DNA of 64,000 nucleotides from an uncultured candidate division Zixibacteria bacterium (GTDB lineage: Bacteria; Zixibacteria; MSB-5A5; UBA10806; 4484-95): the NCBI GenBank assembly GCA_963668625.2, contig CAXXKA010000008.1:352001-416000 (forward strand). Reading direction: 5' to 3'. Within the stretch, counting starts at the first letter, position 1; each line of letters begins with the position of its first letter. The translations under genes and the position numbers were made by a program. A model generated the notes under the pieces. That model searched no databases. It was given only the letters and a program-made list of their open reading frames with translations, and was not told the DNA's origin. Shown here one piece after another: positions 20,045 through 30,754 of this stretch.

Positions 20045-20552
20045 GACGGTTACCCTCGTTTATTCCTTTGGCATCCATGATCATATCAAGCACCTCGCGT
20101 ACGGCGCCATGTCCGCCGCGTTTTTGGGTCACGTACTCACTGGCCTCGGTCACGGTGCGGGGACTATCGGGCACGGTGATCGACAGGCCGCATTGTTTTA
20201 ATACATCCACATCGACTAAATCGTTTCCCATATATGCTATAACCGAATCATCAAGACCGTATTTATCTTTTAAGCTGTTGTAAAACAAAATCTTATCGGT
20301 TGGTTGTTGATGAACATCCTCTACGCCCAACTCTTTAGCGCGAAGGCTGGTTGCCGGGGAGGGCCGTCCCGAGAGAAACGCCACCCTGATACCGTGTTTC
20401 TGGGCCAGGTATATCCCCAGGCCATCGGCGATGCAGAATCGTTTCATCTCCATACCCTGCGAACCCATCCAGACTGTGTCATCGGTAAGCACCCCGTCAA
20501 CATCAAGGATGACAAGCTTTATTTGCCCGAGTTTGGATTGTAAGTCAGTCAT
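20037..20552 (-). CDS. kdsC: KDO 8-phosphate phosphatase
   Basis: LDVDGVLTD, DGLGI, YMGNDLVD, GGHGAVRE. Confidence 0.92.
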   Translation of the reverse strand: MTDLQSKLGQIKLVILDVDGVLTDDTVWMGSQGMEMKRFCIADGLGIYLAQKHGIRVAFLSGRPSPATSLRAKELGVEDVHQQPTDKILFYNSLKDKYGLDDSVIAYMGNDLVDVDVLKQCGLSITVPDSPRTVTEASEYVTQKRGGHGAVREVLDMIMDAKGINEGNRLA

Positions 20553-21189
20553 TCATATTCCTTTCAAGAATAGGAAAGTTATTTATTAATAGGGGGATAG
20601 TCAATAGAAAAGGTGATGCGGGATATTTGCGGGGGGATGTATCGGCGATGTCACCGGGGTGGGGTGTTACCTATGTACCGGGTCTGTATTAGCTAATGAT
20701 CGTATGCTTATAGCAAAGCCATCTGGCTTTGCATGTCATCCCAGCATAGGAGCCGGGATCCAGAAGGGGAAGGGAAAATACACCACCAAATCTAAAAGTC
20801 CTGCTCCCCTGATGATGAGGGCGGTATCACACCGGTAGGGTGAGCAGTATCCGCATGCTGGTTGGTTTGCGATAAATGGCACCGCAGTAAGCAGTCAGAC
20901 TAATTTCTATATAGAAATATCTAATACTAATTTCTGATTAAATCACGTAGCATTATTAACAAAGAAGCCTATAATCTTATCCACCTTACTGGTGGGTTAC
21001 CCGGTATATCGGAAAATATCTTTCACTAACAATTCCAAGGAGAAATTTTAAATTTATCGAAAAACACCGGACACTAGTTTTATCTTATATTGGTTAAAAT
21101 CAGACTGAATTAAGTTATTACACGTTAATAATTCGATTTAAGGAATCGAAATCAATTCTGACAAATATTATTTAAGTAATACCTAAAAG

Positions 21190-21218
21190 CAAAAGGGAAC
21201 TGAAATAGTTCCCTTTTG
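21190..21218. terminator. Hairpin, probable terminator downstream of pepF
   Basis: Perfect 12-bp stem caaaagggaact / agttcccttttg. Confidence 0.7.
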
Positions 21219-21343
21219 TCATCAGTTTGAGGGATCCCGTTGGGGATCCCTTGCGTGGGCGGCAGACCCAAAAGTCTGCCCCTTTAAAGCTATCCTGATT
21301 TTTGCTTTGAGGCGCTTATTTATCCAGGGGAGTAGCTTTAAAT

Positions 21344-23239
21344 TTATTTATCTCTCTTCTCGAACAGAGTTTCCGCCTGATCGACCAGGTTCTCGAAAAT
21401 CTGCAATGTATTGTTTATAACTTCGGGATCGGTCATATCAACGCCGATTTTCCTGAGTTGCTCGACCGGGTAATCGTTACCGCCCGAGCCTAAGAACTCG
21501 AGATAGTTATCGCGGAAATTCGTATCACCCGAGAGAATTCTGGCTGAAATAAGCTGGGCAGCCGCATAACTGGTAGCATACTGGTAAACATAAAAACTGC
21601 GGTAGAAATGCGAAACCCTGAGACCGCCCCAGCCTCCCCATTCATCCTGAACGAGCTCGGGCCCCCAGTATTTGGCCCTGATGTCGGTATACATTTTTTC
21701 CATCGATTCGGCTGAAAGCGCGCCGCCCTGTTCCACGGTCTCATGTATTTCTTTCTCGAACTCCGAGAACATCACCTGGAAATAGAACGTGCCGAGAATC
21801 TGCTCGATATAATGAACCAGTAGCGATAGCTCCTCATCCGGAGTAGAGGCGTTCTTAATCAGGTAATTAATCAGTATGGACTCGTTGACCGTAGAGGCCA
21901 CCTCGGCTACGAACAGGGTATAGAATGCCGTGGGGTACGGCTGATTTTCGTATGAGTAATTACGGTGAAGGGCATGTCCCATCTCATGCGCCACGGTAAA
22001 CATCTCCTCGCGGGAGTTGTTGTAGTTTAGCAAAATGAAAGGATGGGTGATATAAGTGCCCCAGCAATAACCGCCGGAATATTTACCCTGGGTTTCGTAA
22101 ACATCTATCCAGCCGCCCTCGAAACCATCCTTAAGGTCATTGATATACTTTTTACCGAGAGGTTTCAAACCCTCGAGAATAATCTGCGTGGCCTGATCGA
22201 ACTCGATCTCCTTTTTGGCATCCGGAACGAGCGGCACGGAAAGATCGTATCCGTGAATCTCATCTAAGCCCATTATTTTCTTGCGAAGAGCCACGTACTT
22301 GTGAAGAGGCTCCAGGTTGGCGTTTACGGCGTTGACCAGATTATCGTATACCTCTCTCGGAATATTATAATTATCGAGCCTGTAATCGAGACACGATTCA
22401 TAATTGCGAGCCTGAGCATAGAACCAGTCGCTATTGACCGAACTGGCAAGGGTGGCCCCGAAAGCGTTGTAATACGGCTGATAGGTATCGTTGAAAACCT
22501 TATGCGCCCGGCGACGGTAATCCCGGTCGGGTGATTCCATAATCTTGGAGAATCGTCCGCGACTTAGCTGCACCGAATCGCCGTTCTCGTCGGCAATCAT
22601 CGGGAATTTTACATCAGCCAAGTAAATCATATCGTAAATATTCTCGAAACCCTGCGTTACCGGCCCGGCCATAGCTAAAATGGCCTCCTCCTCCTCGGAA
22701 AGAATATGAGCCTTGGAACGGATAAGATCGTTGATACTGAATTCGTACGGTTTTAATGATTTCTCTTTTTTCAGGAATTTCTTGAGCTTATCATCGGGGA
22801 TTTTCAAAATTTCGGGTTCGATAAAAGCCGTAGCCGCCTCGACCTGGGCATCAAGGGCCGAAATTCGTTGCTGAAGCTCCTGGTAGAACGAAACTCGCGT
22901 ATCCTCGTGGAATTTCATGAACGAGTAAACGTATAGCGCACCCAATTTCATATTCAAGGTATCGCGAAGAGCTAAACATTCGACCAATTTCTTGCCTGAT
23001 TCACCCAGTTTTCCTTTGTACTGTTCGAGCTTGGGATAATTTTTTTCGGCATACGCGAAATCAGCATTCCAGGCTACGGTATCGGGATAGATATCCTCGA
23101 GCTTCCATTTATATTTAGCATCAATATCCTCGCGTTGAGGCACCTGGTCGTTTTGCGCGTAAGCCGCAGCAAAAGCGAAAGTTACAATTAAGGCGGTTAA
23201 TCCGATTAAACGGATCATTCGGGGCAGGGATCTGATCAT
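21344..23239 (-). CDS. pepF: Oligoendopeptidase F (M3B) with N-terminal signal peptide
   Basis: WKLEDIY, GWIDVYE..GKYSGGY, HPFILLNY, HEMGH, AEVAS, HFY..FYVYQYA. Confidence 0.95.
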   Translation of the reverse strand: MIRSLPRMIRLIGLTALIVTFAFAAAYAQNDQVPQREDIDAKYKWKLEDIYPDTVAWNADFAYAEKNYPKLEQYKGKLGESGKKLVECLALRDTLNMKLGALYVYSFMKFHEDTRVSFYQELQQRISALDAQVEAATAFIEPEILKIPDDKLKKFLKKEKSLKPYEFSINDLIRSKAHILSEEEEAILAMAGPVTQGFENIYDMIYLADVKFPMIADENGDSVQLSRGRFSKIMESPDRDYRRRAHKVFNDTYQPYYNAFGATLASSVNSDWFYAQARNYESCLDYRLDNYNIPREVYDNLVNAVNANLEPLHKYVALRKKIMGLDEIHGYDLSVPLVPDAKKEIEFDQATQIILEGLKPLGKKYINDLKDGFEGGWIDVYETQGKYSGGYCWGTYITHPFILLNYNNSREEMFTVAHEMGHALHRNYSYENQPYPTAFYTLFVAEVASTVNESILINYLIKNASTPDEELSLLVHYIEQILGTFYFQVMFSEFEKEIHETVEQGGALSAESMEKMYTDIRAKYWGPELVQDEWGGWGGLRVSHFYRSFYVYQYATSYAAAQLISARILSGDTNFRDNYLEFLGSGGNDYPVEQLRKIGVDMTDPEVINNTLQIFENLVDQAETLFEKRDK

Positions 23240-23399
23240 TTAATTCTCCTGACAAGGCAGTTCAAGGGTTCATTATTGACATAATAATACAATAACCTAT
23301 ACGAGTTTCAATGGCAAGAAGTTGCGGGAAAATAGCTATAGAATTAAACTCTAATAATCTATAGGGGGCAATCTACGGTTACTATTAAATAGCCGTCTT

Positions 23400-23606
23400 C
23401 TACTTCCGCCCCTTCTTTATTTTTTCCCTATACTCCTCATTCACATAGGTTTCTACATAGCCGCAGTCCAAGCAGCAGTAACTATCGCAGTTGGCTTTGA
23501 AAACGTACTTGTGAATCTCCGAATGATAGGCTATCGGGCCGGCGCTTAATATACGGCCTTTATCTATATCCTGACTTCCGCATCGCGGGCATTTTGTCAT
23601 AACCAT
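23400..23606 (-). CDS. Small zinc-ribbon protein
   Basis: CPRCG...CLDCGYVETY; SD aggaggt. Confidence 0.75.
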   Translation of the reverse strand: MVMTKCPRCGSQDIDKGRILSAGPIAYHSEIHKYVFKANCDSYCCLDCGYVETYVNEEYREKIKKGRK

Positions 23607-23779
23607 TACTACACCTCCTACTAACCAATAAACCTATATTTTGAACATATTCAAATATTAACTTGACAAACTAAACGTTAAAACGTATTTAGTATTATAA
23701 GTTTCATTATGGAGGACATTTTAATATTTATTCTGTTTAAAAGGCGGGTTTTATAGTGGTTTCATTATAGGAGAATATT

Positions 23780-25261
23780 ATGAATATCCTGTTGGTGTAT
23801 CCCCAATTCCCGGAGACTTTCTGGGGATTCAAGTACGCTCTTAAATTTATCTCCAAGAAAGCTACCGATCCACCGCTGGGGCTATTGACCGTAGCTGCCA
23901 TGCTCCCCGAATTCTGGGAGAAAAAGCTGGTCGATATGAATGTCGCGGCTCTTGGGGATGATGATTTGGAATGGGCGGACTACGTTTTTATCAGCGCCAT
24001 GTCGGTGCAACGCCAATCCGTCGAGGATATCTCAAAGAGATGCCGCAAGCTGAAAAAGACTACCGTGGCCGGCGGGCCTCTTTTCATGTCTTTCCCCGAT
24101 GATTTCCCCGAGATAGACCATCTGGTATTAAGCGAGGCGGAGAGCGCCTTACCATTGCTAATCGAGGATATAATCGCTGGCGAACTAAAACGCAAATATC
24201 ATTGCGAGGGCTTTCCCCCCACCAGCAATACCCCGGCTCCACTATGGGAGCTTATCGATATGAAAAAGTATGTCTCGATGAATATCCAGTACACGCGGGG
24301 ATGCCCGTACAACTGCGAGTTTTGCGATGTTACCAACCTGTTCGGCAGAAGGGTCAGGACGAAAACTAAAATACAAATACTGGCGGAGCTGGAGTATCTG
24401 TATTCCGTAGGCTGGCGCGGTGATCTCTCGTTCGTGGATGATAATTTTATCGGCAGCAAGCGCAAGCTAAAGGCTGAAATACTACCGGCAATAATTAGCT
24501 GGATGAAACGTCGCAACTACCCGTTCATATTTTCCACCGAGGCCACTATAACGCTGGCGGATGACGAGGAGTTGATGCGCATGATGGTCGAGGCAGGTTT
24601 CCAGAGCGTGTTTATCGGTATCGAAACACCTGAGGAATCCAGCCTGGCCGAATGTAAGAAAGTGCAAAATAAAAATCGTGATTTGATGGAGAGCGTGAGA
24701 AAAATACAGAGTTTCGGCCTGAATGTCACCGGTGGTTTCATAGTCGGATTCGATAACGATACGACAGCCGTATTCAAAAAACAGATAGATTTCATTCAGA
24801 ACAGCGGCATAGTACATGCTATGGTCGGGATTTTGAACGCGCCTAAAAACACCGCGTTGTATAAACGCCTGGTGCGTGAGAAAAGGCTGCTGGGCGAAAG
24901 CACGGGGAATAACACCGATTTTTCGACCAATTTTATTCCTAAGATGGGTTATGATACTCTGATCCAGGGGTATCGGGATGTGCTTAAAGGCATATATTCA
25001 TTCAAGCCATATTATCAGAGAGTTAAAAAGCATCTGAATGATATTAAGCCCATAAAGTTCAAACGCCCGAAAATCGATATAACTCAAATTAATGCCTTGA
25101 TTAAATCCGCCTGGCTTATAGGGATCAGGGAGAGGGGCAGACGATACTACTGGATGATGTTTTTCTGGGCGCTGTTCCGTCACCCAAGGTTATTCCCAAC
25201 TGCTATAACCTATATGATTACCGGTTATCACTTTCGAAAAATTTTCGCCAAGTATATTTGA
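23780..25261 (+). CDS. B12-binding radical SAM protein (DUF4070-type C-terminus)
   Basis: PPLGLLTVAA, GGP, RGCPYNCEFC, FVDDNFIG, FIVGFD.D, ITGYHF. Confidence 0.92.
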   Translation: MNILLVYPQFPETFWGFKYALKFISKKATDPPLGLLTVAAMLPEFWEKKLVDMNVAALGDDDLEWADYVFISAMSVQRQSVEDISKRCRKLKKTTVAGGPLFMSFPDDFPEIDHLVLSEAESALPLLIEDIIAGELKRKYHCEGFPPTSNTPAPLWELIDMKKYVSMNIQYTRGCPYNCEFCDVTNLFGRRVRTKTKIQILAELEYLYSVGWRGDLSFVDDNFIGSKRKLKAEILPAIISWMKRRNYPFIFSTEATITLADDEELMRMMVEAGFQSVFIGIETPEESSLAECKKVQNKNRDLMESVRKIQSFGLNVTGGFIVGFDNDTTAVFKKQIDFIQNSGIVHAMVGILNAPKNTALYKRLVREKRLLGESTGNNTDFSTNFIPKMGYDTLIQGYRDVLKGIYSFKPYYQRVKKHLNDIKPIKFKRPKIDITQINALIKSAWLIGIRERGRRYYWMMFFWALFRHPRLFPTAITYMITGYHFRKIFAKYI

Positions 25262-25492
25262 GCTAATGTTTTATCTAAATCACCGACCTTTGCTCAGGAT
25301 GACGGGATTGATATTTTAAGATATTTGAAAAAAAGCACTACGGACTGGACAATAAAGCGTGAATAATATCAAAATAACTAACTATGTTATTCCTTGATGA
25401 TTCATTTTTTCCTTTTACGAGCAAACCAATTTATGTTATCTTCGTAGACTAAATATGCGGAAATTATAACTCATCACAAAGAGGATCTTAAA

Positions 25493-27634
25493 ATGAATAA
25501 AAAAGTGACACTGGCAGTATTATTCCCGTTCGTGGTTATTTTTCTTATAATAATGAACTGCTCCGACGGGCCGCCCTCGGGCAAGCTCAACTATCCAGAA
25601 ACCAGAACGGTAGATGTTGTCGACACGATAAATGGCACTCTCGTAGCTGATCCATATCGCTGGCTCGAGTATAATGATTCTGCCGATGTAGTCGAGTGGA
25701 GCGATGCCCAGATGAAGCTGGCGAAATGGTATATCGACCAGATCCCGGCAAAAGAGAAAATCGCCGCTCGCTTAGCCGATCTATGGGATTATCCGACTCA
25801 GGGCATTCCATACAAAACAACCAACCGTTATTTCATCTCTAAAAACATGGGGCTTCAAGAGCACTCCGTATTATATACCATGAAAACCCTCGATGAAGAA
25901 CCGGTGGTAGCTCTCGATCCGAACACCTGGAGTGAGGATGCCTCTAAAGCGATGAGCAATTACGAACCCTCCGAGGACGGCGCTTATATCGCTTATGCCG
26001 TTACCGCCCACGGGGCAGAGGTCGGTACGATTCATATAAAGAACATTATCACCGGAGAGATATTAAGAGATACTATCCCGAACGTTCGTCGCCCCGGTAT
26101 AGTCTGGCTTAAAGATAACAGCGGTTTCTATTATAACAGGCATCCCAAACCGGGCAGTGTTCCGGCCGGTGATGAGAGTTATTACGACTTTATCTATTTC
26201 CACAAGCTCGGCGATCCTTACACCGCCGACAAACTGATTTACAAGCATGATGATATCAAGGAAATCAGTTATGGCGTGAATATCTCCACGGATGATCGCT
26301 ATTTGATCTTGTCCGATTGGATAGGTCATTCCGATGAGCTGAGATTTATCGACCTACAAAAAGGCGGCGAGCCGCAGGAAATCGTAACCGGATTCAAGGG
26401 AATCTACTATGGCTTCGCTATCGGCAGCACATATTACATAATGACAAACGAGGACGCGCCTAATTACAAAATAATGGCAATCGACCTGAGAAATCCCAAG
26501 CGCGAATTCTGGAAAGAGGTCGTACCCGAGGCCGGCGACTTGCTAGAATCTTTTGCCATAGTAAATAACATGATTATCGCGCAATACCTTCACAACGCCC
26601 ACAGCCAATTGAAAGTGTTATCGCTTCACGGTGTACCCATTCACGAGATAGAGCTGCCTACCATGGGAACCGTTTCCGGTATATCGGGGAGATGGGATGA
26701 TAATGAGATGTTCGTGGGCTTCAGTTCGTTTACTTACCCGACCACGCAATATAAATACGATTTCGAGAATAACACTCTTTCGGAATACTATCGTTTCCCG
26801 GTAAAGGTAAATACCGAGGGCTACGAAACCAAACAGGTCTGGTACGAATCCAAGGACGGCACGCGTGTTTCGATGTTTATCGTGCATAAGGCGGGTTTGA
26901 AAATGAACGGTAAAAACCCGACCTACCTCACCGGCTACGGCGGATTTACATCCAACCAGGTACCGTATTTCTCCTCTACCAGGTTCGTGTTGATGGAAAA
27001 CGGTTTCGTATTCGCCCTGCCTAATCTTCGCGGGGGAGCAGAGTACGGCGAGAAATGGCATCGCGCGGCCATGCAGGAAAACAAGCAGAACACTTTCGAT
27101 GATTTCATAGCTGCGGCCGAGTACTTGATCGACCAGGGATATACCTCGCCGGAGCATCTGGCTATAGAGGGTGGATCCAACGGTGGTTTGCTGACAGGAG
27201 CTTGCGCGGTACAGCGGCCCGATCTGTTCAGAACAGTGTATATCGGCGCGCCTCTTCTGGATATGGTACGTTATCATAAATTCCTGATGGCTCGTTACTG
27301 GATACCTGAATACGGCGATCCCGATAACCCGGAACATCTGCCGTTTATGCTGAACTGGTCACCATATCATAACGTGAAAGATAACGTGGCATATCCGTCG
27401 ATGCTTATAACCGCCAGCGAAACCGATCCCCGCGTTCACCCGATGCATGCCCGCAAGTTCGGCGCGGCCATACAGGCGGCCAACACATCCGATAATCCGA
27501 TTCTAATAATGGTAGACCGAGATAAAGGCCATGGCTGGGATTTATCCACCAGTAAAACTCTCGAGGATTTATCCTACAGGTACGCGTTCCTGTTCTGGCA
27601 GTTGGGGGTTAAGGTCTCCGTTGGTGGTGAATAG
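25493..27634 (+). CDS. Prolyl oligopeptidase (S9A), probable lipoprotein
   Basis: DPYRWLE, GYGGF, NLRGGAEYG, GGSNGG, D.RV.P.HARK, GHG; IMNC lipobox-like. Confidence 0.95.
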   Translation: MNKKVTLAVLFPFVVIFLIIMNCSDGPPSGKLNYPETRTVDVVDTINGTLVADPYRWLEYNDSADVVEWSDAQMKLAKWYIDQIPAKEKIAARLADLWDYPTQGIPYKTTNRYFISKNMGLQEHSVLYTMKTLDEEPVVALDPNTWSEDASKAMSNYEPSEDGAYIAYAVTAHGAEVGTIHIKNIITGEILRDTIPNVRRPGIVWLKDNSGFYYNRHPKPGSVPAGDESYYDFIYFHKLGDPYTADKLIYKHDDIKEISYGVNISTDDRYLILSDWIGHSDELRFIDLQKGGEPQEIVTGFKGIYYGFAIGSTYYIMTNEDAPNYKIMAIDLRNPKREFWKEVVPEAGDLLESFAIVNNMIIAQYLHNAHSQLKVLSLHGVPIHEIELPTMGTVSGISGRWDDNEMFVGFSSFTYPTTQYKYDFENNTLSEYYRFPVKVNTEGYETKQVWYESKDGTRVSMFIVHKAGLKMNGKNPTYLTGYGGFTSNQVPYFSSTRFVLMENGFVFALPNLRGGAEYGEKWHRAAMQENKQNTFDDFIAAAEYLIDQGYTSPEHLAIEGGSNGGLLTGACAVQRPDLFRTVYIGAPLLDMVRYHKFLMARYWIPEYGDPDNPEHLPFMLNWSPYHNVKDNVAYPSMLITASETDPRVHPMHARKFGAAIQAANTSDNPILIMVDRDKGHGWDLSTSKTLEDLSYRYAFLFWQLGVKVSVGGE

Positions 27635-27669
27635 AAATATAACACACTATTTCGATTATTGAATTACTG

Positions 27670-27705
27670 ACCGCCGGATTTATGCGCTATCCGGCGGTTT
27701 TATTT
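27670..27705 (+). terminator. Rho-independent terminator after the S9A gene
   Basis: accgccggat...atccggcggt stem plus T tract. Confidence 0.75.
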
Positions 27706-28534
27706 TGCCAGCTCGCGCAGGTCTTGAAACTCGTTGCCCGGTTTATTCAGGTACACCACGACATCATTCACTTTATAGCGCAAACTCACACCTTCTTGAG
27801 TTTTCTCTTCTCTGTGTTCCATGTCGCCGGCTTTTATCTTTTGTAGCGCGGAATAAGCTTGTCGAATAAATTCGACCGGCACGGGATAAGTGCTGTGACA
27901 AGAATAGATGGCATTTATCTCATCTGTTCTCTCGCTCAGTTTTTTTAACGATAGCAGGTAATCATCCAGGCTCGATTCGGCATATTGTATATAAAGCGGC
28001 CCGTTAAAAAGTAAATCGCCGCAAAATAATATACCGGTTTTTATGGTCCAGAAATGACATGCCGCCCTCTGTGTGCCCCGGCGTAGCTATTGCCTCCAGG
28101 CGATGATCGCCCGCCGGAAATATATCACCCTCGCTAATTATGAAATCAGGCTTTTTACCTATCACGCGGTATTCCGATGGATCGAACCCTTTAGGGAAAT
28201 CGACACCGTACTCGTGCATATAACTTATGTATGTATTACGGAGGGCGCTGTTTGGCATCTCTTTTGCAGCCAACTCTTTCTCTTTCGCCGATATGCCGAT
28301 TTGATCGAACTGAGAATTCCCGCCTATATGATCGAAATGCCAGTGAGTGTTCAACACCATGATATCCTCATGGGATATCGGCTCGATAGCTTTCTTGATA
28401 TCGCTTAACCCGGTGCCGGTATCGATCATGATAGATTTATCATCCCCATTTACGAGAAAGCATCGTACATGCTTAGGCTCATCGATAAGGTACACGTCTT
28501 TTTCTATCTCGACTATCTTATACCATTGTGACAT
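27700..28534 (-). pseudogene. MBL-fold metallo-hydrolase split by a single frameshift
   Basis: THWHFDHIGG and TPGHT in 28004..28534. Removing one base from the T5 run at 28038-28042 reads on as TGILFCGDLLFNGPLY...YSCH into the 27700..27882 ORF. Confidence 0.85.
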
Positions 28535-28583
28535 AGTATCCCCGTGGTTTTTGGTTGCTCGTTTCTTGAGAGGAATCTCGTTA

Positions 28584-28832
28584 TTAATGTTTTTCGCGCT
28601 CTTGTTTTAGTTTCTCCTCTCCCGCTGAGGTCATCCGGTATAACTCTTCATCCCCCTGTTTTTCGACCAGTCCGTGAATATTAAGTTCACGGATAGTACT
28701 TCTCACCTTGTACAAGGGGTGTTCGGTGCGATCGCGAATATGCTCCGGTTTGATCGTCCGATCAGCCATTGCCGACAATATATCCACGGCCACGAAACTC
28801 AAGCTGCCATCAGGTTTTATGCAAGCCATCAT
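28584..28832 (-). CDS. Small winged-helix-like protein with N-terminal MACxxPDG motif
   Basis: MACIKPDGSL...PLYKVRSTIRELNIHGLV...YRMTSAG; paralogue of 30139..30354. Confidence 0.75.
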   Translation of the reverse strand: MMACIKPDGSLSFVAVDILSAMADRTIKPEHIRDRTEHPLYKVRSTIRELNIHGLVEKQGDEELYRMTSAGEEKLKQEREKH

Positions 28833-29278
28833 ACACTCTCGAGTATTAATCCTGATTTACATAATTTCGGGTTGTTATTCAATAATTACACTATGATAAA
28901 CTAAATATAAATATATATCCATGTACGTATAGGACAATTTTTTTATTTTGAGGAATAGGTACAATACTTTTTTATCAACTTCAAGGGATATTCCGAACAG
29001 AATCATTCATATAGTTTCACATATAGTATTCCTTTAAATGGGGATGGTGTATTCGTAGTATCCTGGTAATTCATGATTGTATAAGCTTTATTTTCAACCC
29101 TGTGGTAGTAGTGCCCCAAACAGAAACGACCTGCTTCTAAGATCCATGCGCTGATAGACCAAGCTGGCTAAAGGTTCATTTTAAAAACTATATTGACATC
29201 ATTTTTCCGGTAAACTATACTTTTGGAAACAAGTGTAGTGAAATTATATTCTAATCATTCCAATTTCAAGGGATTAAT

Positions 29279-30040
29279 ATGAAAAAGGGATACATTCTAA
29301 CTATCGGTTCTATTGTGTCGGCGATCCTACTTATAACATTAGGACTCCTACAAATGAACGATTCGAAGATTTTACAGCTTCCATCTCAATGGTTGGCTAT
29401 AATCATTTTGCCGGTTCTTATCGCCTTGCTCGTGGGGGGATTCATAACGCGTTTCAAAGGTTTCGGAGTTGAATTGGAGTCCTCACTCAAAACGCCGGTT
29501 GCGACACTCAACCTGACCGCCTCAGATGCTGTTGCCGATATTCTCGGTGATGAAAAGCAAAGCATGAATTATTTGAGTGGATTATCTGTCGATAAAAAAT
29601 CCGAAACGCGCTGGCTTATGTTCAGGTCCGGCAAAAAGAATTTCTACACGCTAAACGGTGTTATAGGCTATATGCATGAATTTCCGAATTTGGAATATTT
29701 GGAAATTAAATCCGAGGCCGGGGAAATTATTTGTTTGCTGCCGACTTCCGTGTTCGGTAATTCGGTACAACTTCATCGAGGGGATGTTAATCGGGAAAAT
29801 CTCAAGAGATTTATCAAGGCTATCGAAAATGACAACGTACCCGAAGAATTTCCGGACACGGCAATAACGCTAAAAATTTCAAGCGAAAACGATCTGGTCA
29901 ATGTTCTGAAGCAATTGAGAAACGAAAAAGCGGATTTCGCTGCCGTCGTATCTCCAAAAGGGAAATATCTCGGGGTTATATTCGCCAATGAAGTGGAAAG
30001 AAAAATAGCTGATTCGGTGTTGACGGCAAAAACAACTTAG
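29279..30040 (+). CDS. Membrane-anchored hypothetical protein with a CBS-like C-terminus
   Basis: Two N-terminal TM helices, FKGFGVELE, C-terminal AAVVSPKGKYLGVI. Confidence 0.65.
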   Translation: MKKGYILTIGSIVSAILLITLGLLQMNDSKILQLPSQWLAIIILPVLIALLVGGFITRFKGFGVELESSLKTPVATLNLTASDAVADILGDEKQSMNYLSGLSVDKKSETRWLMFRSGKKNFYTLNGVIGYMHEFPNLEYLEIKSEAGEIICLLPTSVFGNSVQLHRGDVNRENLKRFIKAIENDNVPEEFPDTAITLKISSENDLVNVLKQLRNEKADFAAVVSPKGKYLGVIFANEVERKIADSVLTAKTT

Positions 30041-30090
30041 CCAACAATCACACTCTTCAATACCTCAATAAGAAAAGGTTATCGTTTTAA

Positions 30091-30122
30091 AAATGGCGGA
30101 ATTACCTCCCGCCATTTATTTT
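30091..30122. terminator. Bidirectional terminator between convergent genes
   Basis: aaatggcgg...ccgccattt stem flanked by A/T tracts. Confidence 0.7.
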
Positions 30123-30138
30123 GAGGTATATCAGTCGA

Positions 30139-30354
30139 TCAAAGTTTTGCCAGGCCGGCCTCGGTAACGCGATAGTTATCGCCATCTCGTGCGACGAGAT
30201 CGGCCTCGACCATCTCCCTTAGCGAGGAGCGAATTTTAAACAGCGGTTGTCCCGCCGCCATCGAGGCCTCCTCCGGAGTTTTCGCCTCCCTGAGAACCTC
30301 CAGCATCTTTTTAGCAGCTTCGGTGATACTGCCATCCGGACGTACACAAGCCAT
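30139..30354 (-). CDS. Small winged-helix-like protein with N-terminal MACxxPDG motif
   Basis: MACVRPDGSI...PLFKIRSSLREMVEADLV...YRVTEAG; SD aagga. Confidence 0.8.
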   Translation of the reverse strand: MACVRPDGSITEAAKKMLEVLREAKTPEEASMAAGQPLFKIRSSLREMVEADLVARDGDNYRVTEAGLAKL

Positions 30355-30754
30355 TTTCTTAATCCTTTATTCTTTTTCTTACCTGCACGCGGACAAGAAA
30401 GTCCGCTCATTTACGATAACTACCAACCAAGCAAACCTGGAAGCTGGCGGACATACTCGGGCTGTCCTAAAAGTACGGTTCCTGTGGCCGGCGGACACGG
30501 CTTCCGTTTGCAGGTATACCGGTCTGGCGGCACCCGGTCAAGCTCGGAACCACGCCAACCAAACTAATTTGAAAGGCGGTTCATTACTACACAACCGGTT
30601 GACTGACAGGTGCAGTCTTGTTATCCCGGTAGCGGGCTAATTCAAGATCAGCCCGTTACCTCTCCTGCTTGTCGGCGGAGCGATCTTAGGTCGTTCCAAG
30701 CGAAAATTCATGAATATAACCGGAGATTAATTTCCGGCTATTGCCATTCGTTTA

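Noticed and set aside
23610-23780. Cobalamin riboswitch upstream of the B12 radical SAM gene
   Set aside because: The region is short and AT-rich with no B12-box or stable stems.
29160-30065. Possible integron cassette remnant (gctggct upstream; tagccaacaa after the stop codon)
   Set aside because: No complete attC palindrome, no array and no integrase.
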